Part shown: one piece after another, positions 1-9,480 of the stretch
Position numbering within the stretch: the stretch's first letter is position 1
Layout of the letters: every line of letters starts with the position of its first letter
The notes under the pieces: generated by a model
What the model saw: only the letters and a program-made list of their open reading frames with translations
Database searches by the model: none
Told to the model about the DNA's origin: nothing
Translations under genes and position numbers: made by a program
Source of the DNA: Candidatus Latescibacterota bacterium
Lineage (GTDB): Bacteria; Latescibacterota; UBA2968; UBA8231
Assembly (NCBI GenBank): GCA_965200315.1
Contig: OZ241362.1
Location: 1,344,001 to 1,408,000, forward strand
Reading direction: 5' to 3'
Length of the DNA: 64,000 nt

Positions 1-2
1 GC

Positions 3-2975
3 ATTCGGGCGGGGAATCTGATAGAACTTGAGATAGCTCTGCACCGAGGTGAAGGCCTGGGCCGTAAAGGTCAAAAGCGTCAGGGTGACGACCGTTAGCG
101 CGGTGCGCAACTTGCGCTTGCGGAGGTTGGAAATCCCCAGCGACGCGGCCGCGGCCGTGGCGCTGAGGCGACCGATGTCTGCTTCGTGGACACCGGCGGC
201 GGCTCGCTTGCGCTGGCCGACGGCGCGGGTGAAGCGGCCTAAGATCATCAGCAGGGCCGTGCCGCCAATGGCGAAGATGACGAAGGCCAAAAAGATGATG
301 TACGGCGACGAACTCAGCTTAAAGGCCGGGTGGATAAAGCGCATGATGAGGAAGATCGCCAAGAAGAAAAACGCCGCGCCCGCCACCTGGCGGCGGATGT
401 CGGCAAAGCCAAAAAACAGCCGCTCGCAGCAAAACGAAAACGGCAGCAACAGCGCGAAGTAGAAGATGACCCCATATACCGTGTCGTCCGCAGTCGATTT
501 GATGTCTGGGTAGCCCCGCCCTTCGAGGCCCCACGCCTTGCGCGTGGCCCGCTTAAACTCGCTGTAGCGCCGCGCCTGCAAGTGCTCTTCGGCCTCCAAC
601 AGGGCCAAGCGCGCCTCTTCGTGCAGGTGCATAAACTTGTCGTTGCGCACCCCGTAGCGCGCCAACTGCTTGATCCGCACATCGTCGAGCACCCACATGT
701 CGCGCGCGGCCGCGTACCCAGGATGCAGCACCACACCTTGATCCACGAGATAGCCGCGCCCGAGCGCCTGCTTCATCGCCGCCTCATCCACGTCGGCCGG
801 GCGCACCGGCTCGGCCACCCATCCGGCCGGTGCGCCGCTCAGCAGGTAGCGTACGCCGAACAGGCTGGTGCTCATCAGAGCTTTGATCCGAGTGCCGGGC
901 TGGGCGTACACTACTGAGGCGAGCGTTACCTTGCCCTCCTCATTGCTCTGCCTTTCGACAAAGTCGGCCCCCCACGACTGGGGTACGCCGTCGCGCTCGT
1001 CGAGTACGGTCACGTGGTCCAAAACCGACAAGTAGCGCGAGTCAACGGTCTCGAACAAACTCAGCGCCCGGCACTTGAAGAGCACTTGCAGCATCTCGTT
1101 TTCCCACCAGCCCCACGGATGCTCGGTCGGGTAGGTCTCGTCGCCCTCTTGGCCCATATCCGGTGCCGAGACAATCGCGCCGTAGGGATCGAGTTCGTAC
1201 GCGCGGATCGCGTTGCTCAGCCGGTTGCGCATGATGTCGAAGCGGAAGCGGCCCGCGTCGTCGGCTTCTTGGGCGATCAAGGTGCGGACCCCGCCGACCG
1301 AGTTCGGCCCGAGCTGCTGATAGGTCACCAGTGCTTGCGGCACCGGCTTTTTGGGCACGGCAAAATTGACGTCGCGGTCGAACCAATAAACTGCACCCGC
1401 CAAGCTGTGGCCGTAATCTTCCAACTCCAACTTGGTCGGCTTGAGCAGCTCGGCGTCGCGGCCCGCCCACGCCAACATGGCCGCGAGCGTCTGGATCTGC
1501 CGCGTGAGGTTTTGCACGTCCACAGCCTCTGGCAGGTCGAGCGGCGTGTCGATCCGCTCGCGCGCGTCGTTGGCCGTCGCCAAAGCCAACGCCTTCTGAC
1601 CGACGAAGGCCGCAGCCTCGCTGGCAAAGGCGAGCGGGATGGACATGAAGTTTTTCCACGTCCGTTTAGGTGGGGCAATGCCCTCGTAGTGGCGCGTGGT
1701 GTCGCCAAAGGTCTCTTCGACCGCCAGACTCAGCCGCTTGGAATAGGGGGTCAACATGTATTTGACGTAGTTGTCGGTGCGCCACTTGGGATTGTAGAAG
1801 GTGCCCATGCCAAAGCTCGCCGTGCGGTCGGCGTGGCTCGACAAGTCCAGCGATAGCATCAGGTCGAAGTCGATGCGCTCGGCTTCGCTCATGCGCTCGC
1901 GGAAATAGTCGCTGCGGCGACTGTGCCGGTAGAGGAAATCATTGATCCCGGACAGGCCCTCAAAGTGCCCAGAGGTCGCCAAAAAGAGCACCGAGTAGTG
2001 AGGGCGATGTTCTTTGAGCAGCTCCACTAGCTGGAGCAGGGCGACGATCCCGGCCGCGTTTTCCGCTCCGGGGGCGAGGGCTGGTACGACCGAGATAGCG
2101 TCGTAATAGGCTTGGATGACGATGGTTTGGTCCTGCCACGCCTGCGGCTTTTCGCGGCTTTTGGCCGGCAGCATCTCAGGCGATCCGGGCAGGTAGCCAT
2201 ACACGTTGTGCGCTTCCACGCCCTCCCAATCCATCCGTGCATTCAAGTGGACGGCGACCGGCCCGTCTTGCAGGCGCACCAACAGGTCGAACGCGTCTTG
2301 CCGCTCAAGCCAAAATCGCGGGATGTCAACCGGCACCTTGAGAAACTTGTCGGCGGCCTGCTCGCGGTTGACGCCGCCGTTGTCAAAAAAAACGATGGCC
2401 CTAGCCCCCAGCGAGGCGGCGTGGAGGTAGTTTTGGCCGCAGGCAAAGTCCAAGAGCACGACGCTGCCTTGCACGGGCTGGCCGTCCAATGCTTCGAGCT
2501 CGCCTTGGCCTCCGTAGATCAGCGGGCCGCGCACGCCATCCGGCCCCAGCGAGGATGTGCGCACGCCATTGGGCCACAAGCTGTAAAGCCTCTTGCTCTC
2601 GCCTTGCACCACCAACTCGCCGCCGCGATCTATGGGCACGGCCACCTTGAACGCCTCGCTCTGCACGTCCTCCAGCCCCAGTGCCTCAAACCGCTGGCGC
2701 ACAAAGTCGCGGGCCTGCCGCTCCCCGGCATAACCCGGCACCCGCGAACCAAAAGCAGCAAAGCGCGCGATCTCCGCGGCAATGTCCGCCTCGTCAATGC
2801 CGGCGACTAGGGCGCGAAGCTGGGCGGCTTGTGCGGGGTCTACCATCCGCGCTTCTACGGGCGGGTTGGGTGCCCAGCCGAAGAACCTGTTTACCGCTCG
2901 ATTGACTGCACCCGGATCGCCGAAACCGACGATCGCAATCATGGCGGCCGCGAACACCAAGAATAGTTTGGCCAT
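3..2975 (-). CDS. M28-peptidase-like / FtsX-MacB-type permease fusion (partial, runs off left edge)
   Basis: Not in the ORF track; translated by hand from ATG at 2975 (MAKLFLVFAAAMIAIVG...). Contains PA/M28-like segments (IVIQAYYDAIS...PGAENAAG, LATSGHFEGLSG), several TM helices, then the MacB/FtsX-type start motif SNLRKRKLRTALT. The frame stays open to base 3. Confidence 0.85.
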   Translation of the reverse strand, partial: MAKLFLVFAAAMIAIVGFGDPGAVNRAVNRFFGWAPNPPVEARMVDPAQAAQLRALVAGIDEADIAAEIARFAAFGSRVPGYAGERQARDFVRQRFEALGLEDVQSEAFKVAVPIDRGGELVVQGESKRLYSLWPNGVRTSSLGPDGVRGPLIYGGQGELEALDGQPVQGSVVLLDFACGQNYLHAASLGARAIVFFDNGGVNREQAADKFLKVPVDIPRFWLERQDAFDLLVRLQDGPVAVHLNARMDWEGVEAHNVYGYLPGSPEMLPAKSREKPQAWQDQTIVIQAYYDAISVVPALAPGAENAAGIVALLQLVELLKEHRPHYSVLFLATSGHFEGLSGINDFLYRHSRRSDYFRERMSEAERIDFDLMLSLDLSSHADRTASFGMGTFYNPKWRTDNYVKYMLTPYSKRLSLAVEETFGDTTRHYEGIAPPKRTWKNFMSIPLAFASEAAAFVGQKALALATANDARERIDTPLDLPEAVDVQNLTRQIQTLAAMLAWAGRDAELLKPTKLELEDYGHSLAGAVYWFDRDVNFAVPKKPVPQALVTYQQLGPNSVGGVRTLIAQEADDAGRFRFDIMRNRLSNAIRAYELDPYGAIVSAPDMGQEGDETYPTEHPWGWWENEMLQVLFKCRALSLFETVDSRYLSVLDHVTVLDERDGVPQSWGADFVERQSNEEGKVTLASVVYAQPGTRIKALMSTSLFGVRYLLSGAPAGWVAEPVRPADVDEAAMKQALGRGYLVDQGVVLHPGYAAARDMWVLDDVRIKQLARYGVRNDKFMHLHEEARLALLEAEEHLQARRYSEFKRATRKAWGLEGRGYPDIKSTADDTVYGVIFYFALLLPFSFCCERLFFGFADIRRQVAGAAFFFLAIFLIMRFIHPAFKLSSSPYIIFLAFVIFAIGGTALLMILGRFTRAVGQRKRAAAGVHEADIGRLSATAAAASLGISNLRKRKLRTALTVVTLTLLTFTAQAFTSVQSYLKFYQIPRPN

Positions 2976-3004
2976 GAAATTCGCTTTGTCTTTTAAGTGG
3001 GACG

Positions 3005-3017
3005 AGCGGCTGTCAAG
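3005..3017. repeat. 13-bp direct repeat AGCGGCTGTCAAG, copy 1
   Basis: Identical to 3385-3397; the pair brackets the small DUF5678-like gene. Confidence 0.8.
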
Positions 3018-3052
3018 GTAGGGCGGATCAACTCGTACCCTGCTCGAGATTC

Positions 3053-3301
3053 TCAGTCATCTATGAGAAGCATATCCGCGAGTGGTAGGTCTGTAGCGTA
3101 CTTTCTGGAGTCTGAAGAGCACGGCTGTACTAGAAAAGTGCCAAGCGCATGTTTCTTTGTTGTCTGTCGGATCGCCTCTATCTCGCTGGAGTACGCCCCG
3201 ATGACGCGGTGATCTTTGATGACAATCACCTTGCCCTCGTAGTGAGCGGCTAGCTCTGCTTGGTGGTCTAGGTAGTATTGAAACTCATCTCTTAGTGCCA
3301 T
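3053..3301 (-). CDS. DUF5678-like small protein
   Basis: 82 aa: EFQYYLDHQAELAAHYEGKVIVIKDHRVIGAY matches the DUF5678 pattern; AT-richer than neighbouring genes. Confidence 0.65.
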   Translation of the reverse strand: MALRDEFQYYLDHQAELAAHYEGKVIVIKDHRVIGAYSSEIEAIRQTTKKHALGTFLVQPCSSDSRKYATDLPLADMLLIDD

Positions 3302-3367
3302 GGGTATTTCCTTTGGCTACTTTAGCGAGCAAAGAACCGTTCTGCTTCTATACTCTCAGCTTACCTG

Positions 3368-3396
3368 TTTATAGCGACAGCACAAGCGGCTGTCAA
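3368..3396 (-). promoter_or_regulatory. sigma70-type promoter for the DUF5678 gene
   Basis: Minus strand TTGACA (3396-3391), 17-nt spacer, TATAAA (3373-3368). Confidence 0.55.
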
Positions 3397-3397
3397 G
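3385..3397. repeat. 13-bp direct repeat AGCGGCTGTCAAG, copy 2
   Basis: Identical to 3005-3017. Confidence 0.8.
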
Positions 3398-3414
3398 ATA
3401 CACCATCGCGCCAC

Positions 3415-5319
3415 TCACCCGTGAAAATAGGCGTGCCCCTCGCCCATAAACCAGAAAATATCCGCCAAATACGACAATCCAATCCCCAAGAAATACCCAG
3501 CGATCAATCCCATAAAAAACGGCCGCGCCTGACGGTACGCCGCAATGCCGCCATAGCGCATGATCGCACTCTTGGCCACCCACGCCAGCAAGACCGAAAA
3601 CGCAATGAGTCGGGTCATCCACAGCGGGGCTACTGCAATGCCCACCGGATGCAGCGGCCACCAGTGCAAGCGGTACTGGAGGAAGGCCAAAATGGAGTAC
3701 GCCACCATGCCGATCCCAAAGTACGACAGCTTGTTCCAATCGGTCGGCCACGGATCGTTGAAGTGGCGAATCACCCCGTTGTACGCCATGCCGCCGGCAC
3801 CGCCACCAGCGATAAAGTACCAAGAGCCGAAATTGCCCGCACCGTATTTGTAGCACAGCGAGAGGACAAAGTACAGACAAGCAGTAAAGCCTACGACCGC
3901 AGCAATACCCAGCGCCAAGGCCATGGACCGGCGAATCCGGTACAGTTCGCCGAGCCGGGCGCCGTGTGCGGCCGCTGGCATAAAAAGCGATTGCACATCC
4001 CCGAACCAAGTATAGGAAACCCCCAGCGCCACCAAATTGTGCCCACCGATACCCGTGCCGGTTATCGCCAGCGCAAAAGCCTGCGCTCCCACCGGCGGCG
4101 TCAAAAAATAGACCCCGGCCTGCACCACCAGCCGCGTGATGCCGTAGTACGCGACCAACACGCCAAAGACAAAAAGCGCGGCAATGTGCAGATCCATCCC
4201 AGACCGCCACAGCCAGCCGAGGATATAGGCCAACGCGGCCATGAATCCGCAGACCGCCGTGCGATAGGAAACCATTTCCTCGCGGTCGTCTATCGTCCGC
4301 CGTCCCCCCAAGGCTTGACGCACGACCGCCACTAGATGGCCCCGCGCCATCCACAAGCTCAACAGCACCATGGCCGTAAATCCGCCCCACGCCTGCCAAG
4401 AAAGCGACTGCATCCCCCAGACAAAAGCGTCGGGCCGCGTCACATCGTAGCCGATGCGGTTGGTAATGCCCTCTTGTACCACAGCCACCAAATAAAAGAA
4501 CACGATGCTGAACGAGACGCTGGTGCTGACCAAGTACATAAAGCCGACCACCGGGAAGTAGAGCATCAGGCTGATGGTGGGAAACTCCCGGCTCAGTTGC
4601 AGATGGACGGCGTGGTTGAAGTTGATTTTGGGAAAGCCGATGTAGAACGAGCCAATGATGTTGAACAGGATCATCCCCAGTGGAACCGCCGCGCCGATCC
4701 AAAAGCCCTTAGAGCGCACAATCGCCCGCCCGTCGTCGTCGATCAACAACCGCGGCATCTCCATCAGGGGGAAAACCAGCCGCTCGTGCTCGACCCATTG
4801 GCGGCGGAAGATCACCACCAAGCAAAAGCAGGCGAAATACACGGTCAGGATCAGGCTCAACAGCCAAAATAGCGGTCCGATCCAGACCTCAAACGGCAGG
4901 GCTTGGCCCTTGGGCAGCCCTTCGTAGAACCAGCGCATGGCGTCGCCGTCGGCGCGGGGCACGACCCAATCGGGCAGGTAGGGATGGATGTTGCCGGCCC
5001 AATCGTTTTCCGGGGTGGCTCCGTAGTACGGCGATGAAATGATCGCCAGCAAGGTGCCGACGATAAAGGTCGGAATCCCGGTCGCCGCCAAGCCCATAAT
5101 CACGATGACAGCGAGTTCGGCGGGCCGCAACGCCCAAGTGGGCCGCACCCACCTCACCAGCCCATTCGCCAGCAAAATCACCACAAAGCAAAAGCCGGCG
5201 CTAGTCGGAAAATACGACCACGTAATCTCCGAAGAGCGCACCATCCAAATCGAATAGGGCGCTCCCATGACGATGGCCATTACGACCACAATCCCCAACA
5301 CGGCCGCACGCAAAGTCAC
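3415..5319 (-). CDS. DUF6785/DUF6784-family polytopic membrane protein (putative transporter)
   Basis: 634 aa with many TM helices; motifs RRQWVEHERLVFPL, WWPLHPVG, RYGGIAAYRQARPFFMGLIAG. Confidence 0.8.
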   Translation of the reverse strand: MTLRAAVLGIVVVMAIVMGAPYSIWMVRSSEITWSYFPTSAGFCFVVILLANGLVRWVRPTWALRPAELAVIVIMGLAATGIPTFIVGTLLAIISSPYYGATPENDWAGNIHPYLPDWVVPRADGDAMRWFYEGLPKGQALPFEVWIGPLFWLLSLILTVYFACFCLVVIFRRQWVEHERLVFPLMEMPRLLIDDDGRAIVRSKGFWIGAAVPLGMILFNIIGSFYIGFPKINFNHAVHLQLSREFPTISLMLYFPVVGFMYLVSTSVSFSIVFFYLVAVVQEGITNRIGYDVTRPDAFVWGMQSLSWQAWGGFTAMVLLSLWMARGHLVAVVRQALGGRRTIDDREEMVSYRTAVCGFMAALAYILGWLWRSGMDLHIAALFVFGVLVAYYGITRLVVQAGVYFLTPPVGAQAFALAITGTGIGGHNLVALGVSYTWFGDVQSLFMPAAAHGARLGELYRIRRSMALALGIAAVVGFTACLYFVLSLCYKYGAGNFGSWYFIAGGGAGGMAYNGVIRHFNDPWPTDWNKLSYFGIGMVAYSILAFLQYRLHWWPLHPVGIAVAPLWMTRLIAFSVLLAWVAKSAIMRYGGIAAYRQARPFFMGLIAGYFLGIGLSYLADIFWFMGEGHAYFHG

Positions 5320-5401
5320 TTTGTACCGCCCCGATGCAAGCGATGATTTACAGCGTTCATTTTTTTGTATATTTAATGTTTCGCATCAATAGTACTGAAC
5401 C

Positions 5402-6574
5402 ATGTCCACTAACCGCTTCATATCTCTTATCCTCGCACTGCTGCTGACGGCTTGTTCCAAAAGCACCGGCCCGGATAGCAGCCCGCAATCCCTCTGCCCG
5501 GATGTGCCCGGCACCATCTGCACTTGGGCCGGCACGGGCGAAGCAGGTTTCAACGGCGACGGCCAGCCGCTGCTAGCTTCGTCTCTGTACTGGCCCGTCG
5601 ATCTCACCTTCGCCCCCTCGGGTCAGACCTACCTCCTCGACTGGAACAACCACCGCGTGCGCCGCGTGACCCCGGAGGGCACGCTTGTCACCGTCATGGG
5701 CACGGACTTCGTCGGCGATGGTCCTTACGACGAATCCGACCAAGTGCCTCCCGGTGCGCCCGGCACTGAGGTCCACCTCAACCACCCGACCCACCTCCTG
5801 CCGCTGACCGACGGCAGCCTGCTGCTGACGGCTTGGCACAATCACAAGCTGCGCCTCTACGACCCGCAGACCGGACTCGTCCAAGTCATCTGCGGCGCAG
5901 GTCCGGGATTTGCCGGCGACGGCGGTCCGGCCCGCGACGCATTGCTGAGCCAACCGCCGCAGACGGTCTTAGGCCCCGACGGCGGACTATACATCCTCGA
6001 CCAGCGCAATCAGCGAGTGCGCAAAATAGACCCCGACGGCATCATCACCACCGTCGTAGGGACCGGCGTGGCCGGGTTTGCCGGCGATGGCGGCAGCCCG
6101 CGCGACGCCCAGTTGCAATTTCCGGCCGGAGCCAATCCGCCGCCAGCCGGGGCCTTGGCTTTTGATCCGCAGGGCCGACTCTATATCGCCGACGCCCTCA
6201 ACCACCGCATCCGCCGCGTTGACTTCGACCTAGACCTGATCGAAACGGTGGCTGGCACCGGCGCGACCAATGGTGGCGGCGATGGCGGACCGGCCCCCAG
6301 CGCAGCCCTCAACAACCCGCGTGACTTGGCCTTTGGTCCCGACGGGCGGCTCTACATTGCCGACGAATTTAACCACCGCATCCGCGCCCTCAATCTAGCG
6401 ACCAGCACCATGGAGACCGTTGCCGGCAGCGGCGACGCGGGCTTTTCCGGCGATGGCGGACCGGCCCGCAGCGCAGCCCTCAACCGGCCTGCCGGGCTCG
6501 ATTTTGACTCGCAGGGTCAGCTCTATATCGCCGACACGTACAACCACCGCATCCGCCGCGTCGTCTTGCCATGA
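5402..6574 (+). CDS. NHL-repeat beta-propeller lipoprotein
   Basis: Lipobox LLTAC; repeated GFAGDGGPA...L..P...D..G.LYIAD..NHRIR units. Confidence 0.9.
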   Translation: MSTNRFISLILALLLTACSKSTGPDSSPQSLCPDVPGTICTWAGTGEAGFNGDGQPLLASSLYWPVDLTFAPSGQTYLLDWNNHRVRRVTPEGTLVTVMGTDFVGDGPYDESDQVPPGAPGTEVHLNHPTHLLPLTDGSLLLTAWHNHKLRLYDPQTGLVQVICGAGPGFAGDGGPARDALLSQPPQTVLGPDGGLYILDQRNQRVRKIDPDGIITTVVGTGVAGFAGDGGSPRDAQLQFPAGANPPPAGALAFDPQGRLYIADALNHRIRRVDFDLDLIETVAGTGATNGGGDGGPAPSAALNNPRDLAFGPDGRLYIADEFNHRIRALNLATSTMETVAGSGDAGFSGDGGPARSAALNRPAGLDFDSQGQLYIADTYNHRIRRVVLP

Positions 6575-7782
6575 TCTACCTAACCTTCTTGCTCATCGCC
6601 CTATCCGCCTGCGGGGATCCGCCCACTGGCCCTAGCATCCCCTACGGACGCATCGAAACCTTTGCCGGCAGCGGCGACGCTGGCAAAGGCCCCGAAGAAG
6701 CGGAACTGAGTCAAGCGCTCTTCTACCTGCCGCAAGATCTGACCTACGGCCCCGACGGGCGGCTCTATATCCTCGACTGGAACAACCACCGCGTCCGCGT
6801 CACCACCGAGGCTAGCGTCCTCACCCAGACGCGACAGCGGCACCCGCGATACCGAGGCGGCGGTGCCGAGAACAGCGTCACCACCCTGATCGGCACCGGC
6901 GAACTCGGCGACGCACCGGCCGGCCGGGCGCGCGAGGTCGGCCTCAACCATCCCACTCACATCTCTTTTGACCCACTTGGACGTCTGATCCTCTCGGCTT
7001 GGCACAACTCGATGATCCTGCGCTACGACTTTGCCACCGACTATATCGAGCCAATCTGCGGCACGGGCGAGCGCACCTACAGCGGCGACGGAGGCCCCGC
7101 GGCCCAAGCGACCGTCAACCTGCCAAGCGCTACCGCCTTTGACCCACTCGGACGCATGTACATCTCCGACCAAGAAAACCAGTGCATCCGCATGGTCGAT
7201 ACAGACGGCACCATACGCACGGTCGTCGGCACCGGCGAACCGGGTTTTTCCGGCGATGGAGGGCCTGCCGACCAAGCCCAGATCTACGCTCCGATCGGCC
7301 AAGCAGCCCCGCCCACCAGCCGCATCGCCACCGACGAATTCGGCAACCTCTACATCGCCGACACCTTCAACAACCGCATCCGCAAGGTTGACTACGCGAC
7401 CGGAATCATCTCCACCATCGCCGGCAACGCAGCGCGGAACATCGGCTCCATAGCTGACTACACCTCTCCACCCGAATTAGGGGACAGCGAAGAAGGGGCC
7501 GACGCACTCGCGGTTTCCCTGTACTGGCCCTGCGACGTGGCCATCGACTCCGAGGGCCGGGTCTTTTTCGCCGACACCTTTAACCACTGCGTACGCTACA
7601 TTGATCTCGACGGCACCATATACACCGTAGCCGGCCAGTGCGGCAAATCCGGCGATACGGGCGACGGCGGCCATCCACAATCCGCCCTGCTCAACCGCCC
7701 CTACGGCATCGAACTCGACCCAGACGACAACCTCTACATCGCCGATACGCGCAACCACCGCATCCGCCTAGTAAGGTATTAG
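6571..7782 (+). CDS. NHL-repeat beta-propeller lipoprotein (paralog of preceding gene)
   Basis: Lipobox LSAC; NHL repeats; shares LYILDWNNHRVR and LNHPTH motifs with 5402-6574; ATGA overlap. Confidence 0.9.
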   Translation: MIYLTFLLIALSACGDPPTGPSIPYGRIETFAGSGDAGKGPEEAELSQALFYLPQDLTYGPDGRLYILDWNNHRVRVTTEASVLTQTRQRHPRYRGGGAENSVTTLIGTGELGDAPAGRAREVGLNHPTHISFDPLGRLILSAWHNSMILRYDFATDYIEPICGTGERTYSGDGGPAAQATVNLPSATAFDPLGRMYISDQENQCIRMVDTDGTIRTVVGTGEPGFSGDGGPADQAQIYAPIGQAAPPTSRIATDEFGNLYIADTFNNRIRKVDYATGIISTIAGNAARNIGSIADYTSPPELGDSEEGADALAVSLYWPCDVAIDSEGRVFFADTFNHCVRYIDLDGTIYTVAGQCGKSGDTGDGGHPQSALLNRPYGIELDPDDNLYIADTRNHRIRLVRY

Positions 7783-7844
7783 TAGCCGGTGGCCAGAGAT
7801 CGGCGATCCGTCCCAACCCTCTTCCTCGACCCGGCGGTGCGGAG

Positions 7845-7865
7845 ACTGACCACCGACCACCGGCC
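7845..7865. repeat. three heptamer tandem repeats (ACYGRCC) pairing with 7785-7796
   Basis: ACTGACC-ACCGACC-ACCGGCC between convergent genes; partly complementary to GCCGGTGGCCAG at 7785-7796. Confidence 0.5.
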
Positions 7866-7866
7866 A

Positions 7867-8655
7867 CTAATCGTCCAGATTGCCTTGGACTATCACCGCC
7901 CCGGAAAATCCTGCGGCGACCATCCGCTCGGTAAAGTCCGACACCTCGGCTTGGGGCAGCAGCGCGTTGTTGCTGATGATCAAATCCGCCCCCACGTGGC
8001 TGATGCCGCGCAGTCCGTCTATACTTTTCAGTGCGCCGTTGCCGCTGACTTCCAAAAAGTCCCGCACTCTGGCCAAGTGGTGCAGCCCCTCTAGGCTTTG
8101 CAGCGCGTCGTTGAACCAGATGTCCACGCTGCCTTTGATCTCCACGAGGTGCGGCATGTCCGTCAGGGACGCAAGTGCCTCATTGCGGACGAGCGCCAAG
8201 CCTCCACTAACAGAGGCCAAGTTCGCTAGCCCTTTGAGCGAGCGCAGAGCCTTGTTTTCAAAGATCAATAGGCCTTCCACCACGTGAGCGGCTTTGCCGG
8301 CCGCGGGCGTGGGTAAGGGCGGCGATGCATCCGCCGGACCTAGCCCCGCTCCCACGCTTTCAAGCCCTTCGAGTCCCGCTAGGCTTTCCAAGCGGTCGTT
8401 AAACCAAATCTCGACGCTGCCCTCGACGCGCCGCAGCCCTTCCAAACCCGTCAGCGCGACTAAGCTACTCCCCGCGATCTGCAAGTCGCCATCGATGATG
8501 TAAGCATCTCCCCCTCTTGCCCTAAGGGCCGCGATGTCGGCCGATGACGCAATGACAACGCCCTCTTCCAAAACGACCGGCGCAATTAGGGCTTTGCCAC
8601 AGCCTGCCAGCGCGACGAGCAACGGCCAGATCGCCCGCTCAAAAATCCCGCGCAC
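7867..8655 (-). CDS. Receptor-L-domain / leucine-rich repeat lipoprotein
   Basis: Lipobox LAGC; repeats of N..L.SL.GL..L..V.G.L.I; start taken at GTG 8655 (ORF track starts at 8667). Confidence 0.8.
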   Translation of the reverse strand: MRGIFERAIWPLLVALAGCGKALIAPVVLEEGVVIASSADIAALRARGGDAYIIDGDLQIAGSSLVALTGLEGLRRVEGSVEIWFNDRLESLAGLEGLESVGAGLGPADASPPLPTPAAGKAAHVVEGLLIFENKALRSLKGLANLASVSGGLALVRNEALASLTDMPHLVEIKGSVDIWFNDALQSLEGLHHLARVRDFLEVSGNGALKSIDGLRGISHVGADLIISNNALLPQAEVSDFTERMVAAGFSGAVIVQGNLDD

Positions 8656-9469
8656 ACCGGATCCCAATATCTATATCGGTCAACAGCGGATGATAGGCTT
8701 CTCGATTCGCCGCGGGCAGGGACTCCTTCTCAAACCACCACGACCCTCCCCTCAGCACCCCAAATTCTCCGCGCAACGGCCCCTGAGGATTGTCTCGTGG
8801 ACTCTCGGCATAGTACGTGTCCCCGTACCAATCGGACACCCACTCCCACACGTTGCCCGCCATGTCGTGTGCTCCGTACGGCGACACACCAGCGGGACGG
8901 CTGCCCACCGGCTCGGTCGCGCCGGCGATAAAGCGAAAGTTGGCCTCGTCTCCTGCCAACTCGTATCCCCAAGGATATATGCGCCCATCGGTTCCGCGTG
9001 CGGCCTTCTCCCACTCGGCTTCGGTCGGCAGCCGCAAGCCCGCCCACGCGCAATAGTCGAGCGCACTTTGGCGGTTGACGCAGTTGATGGGATGCGTGTC
9101 GTCAATGTCTTTGTCCCAGCTACAGTTAGGAGCATAGGCCGGCTCTGCACAGGCGTCGTCTTCTACGCAGCTCCGATACCGTCCTATGGTGACCTCGAAC
9201 TCATCGATGTAGTAAGCCGAAAGAAAGACTTGGTGCGGCGGCTGCTCGTCCGGGTCGCCCGCGTCCCAACCCATCACAAAGAGACCTTCGGGCACGAGGA
9301 CCATGGCGTGATCGGCTATGTTGACCTCAGTAACTAGAACAGAATCCTCGGTGGGTGGAGCCTCGCCGGGCCAAGTGGGCGCAATCACGCGCTCCTCACG
9401 CACTTGTCCTGAGTCCTTTTGACCGCAACCAAGCGCCAACAGGGCCATGCACACCAGTGCGCGACTCAC
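8639..9469 (-). CDS. Formylglycine-generating-enzyme (FGE-sulfatase/SUMF1) domain lipoprotein
   Basis: RLPTEAEWEKAARG, DMAGNVWEW, RGGSW, GIRCA motifs; lipobox ALGC after GTG start at 9469 with upstream G-rich RBS. Confidence 0.9.
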   Translation of the reverse strand: MSRALVCMALLALGCGQKDSGQVREERVIAPTWPGEAPPTEDSVLVTEVNIADHAMVLVPEGLFVMGWDAGDPDEQPPHQVFLSAYYIDEFEVTIGRYRSCVEDDACAEPAYAPNCSWDKDIDDTHPINCVNRQSALDYCAWAGLRLPTEAEWEKAARGTDGRIYPWGYELAGDEANFRFIAGATEPVGSRPAGVSPYGAHDMAGNVWEWVSDWYGDTYYAESPRDNPQGPLRGEFGVLRGGSWWFEKESLPAANREAYHPLLTDIDIGIRCARDF

Positions 9470-9480
9470 CGTGCGCCCCC

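Noticed and set aside
49-2810. Plus-strand ORFs in the first 3 kb
   Set aside because: Antisense shadows of the long minus-strand M28-FtsX gene, typical of GC-rich DNA.
3295-4702. Long alternative ORFs (346 aa and 448 aa) over DUF6785, and similar ones elsewhere
   Set aside because: Arg/Gly/Pro-rich frame shadows with no motifs, overlapping a well-supported gene.
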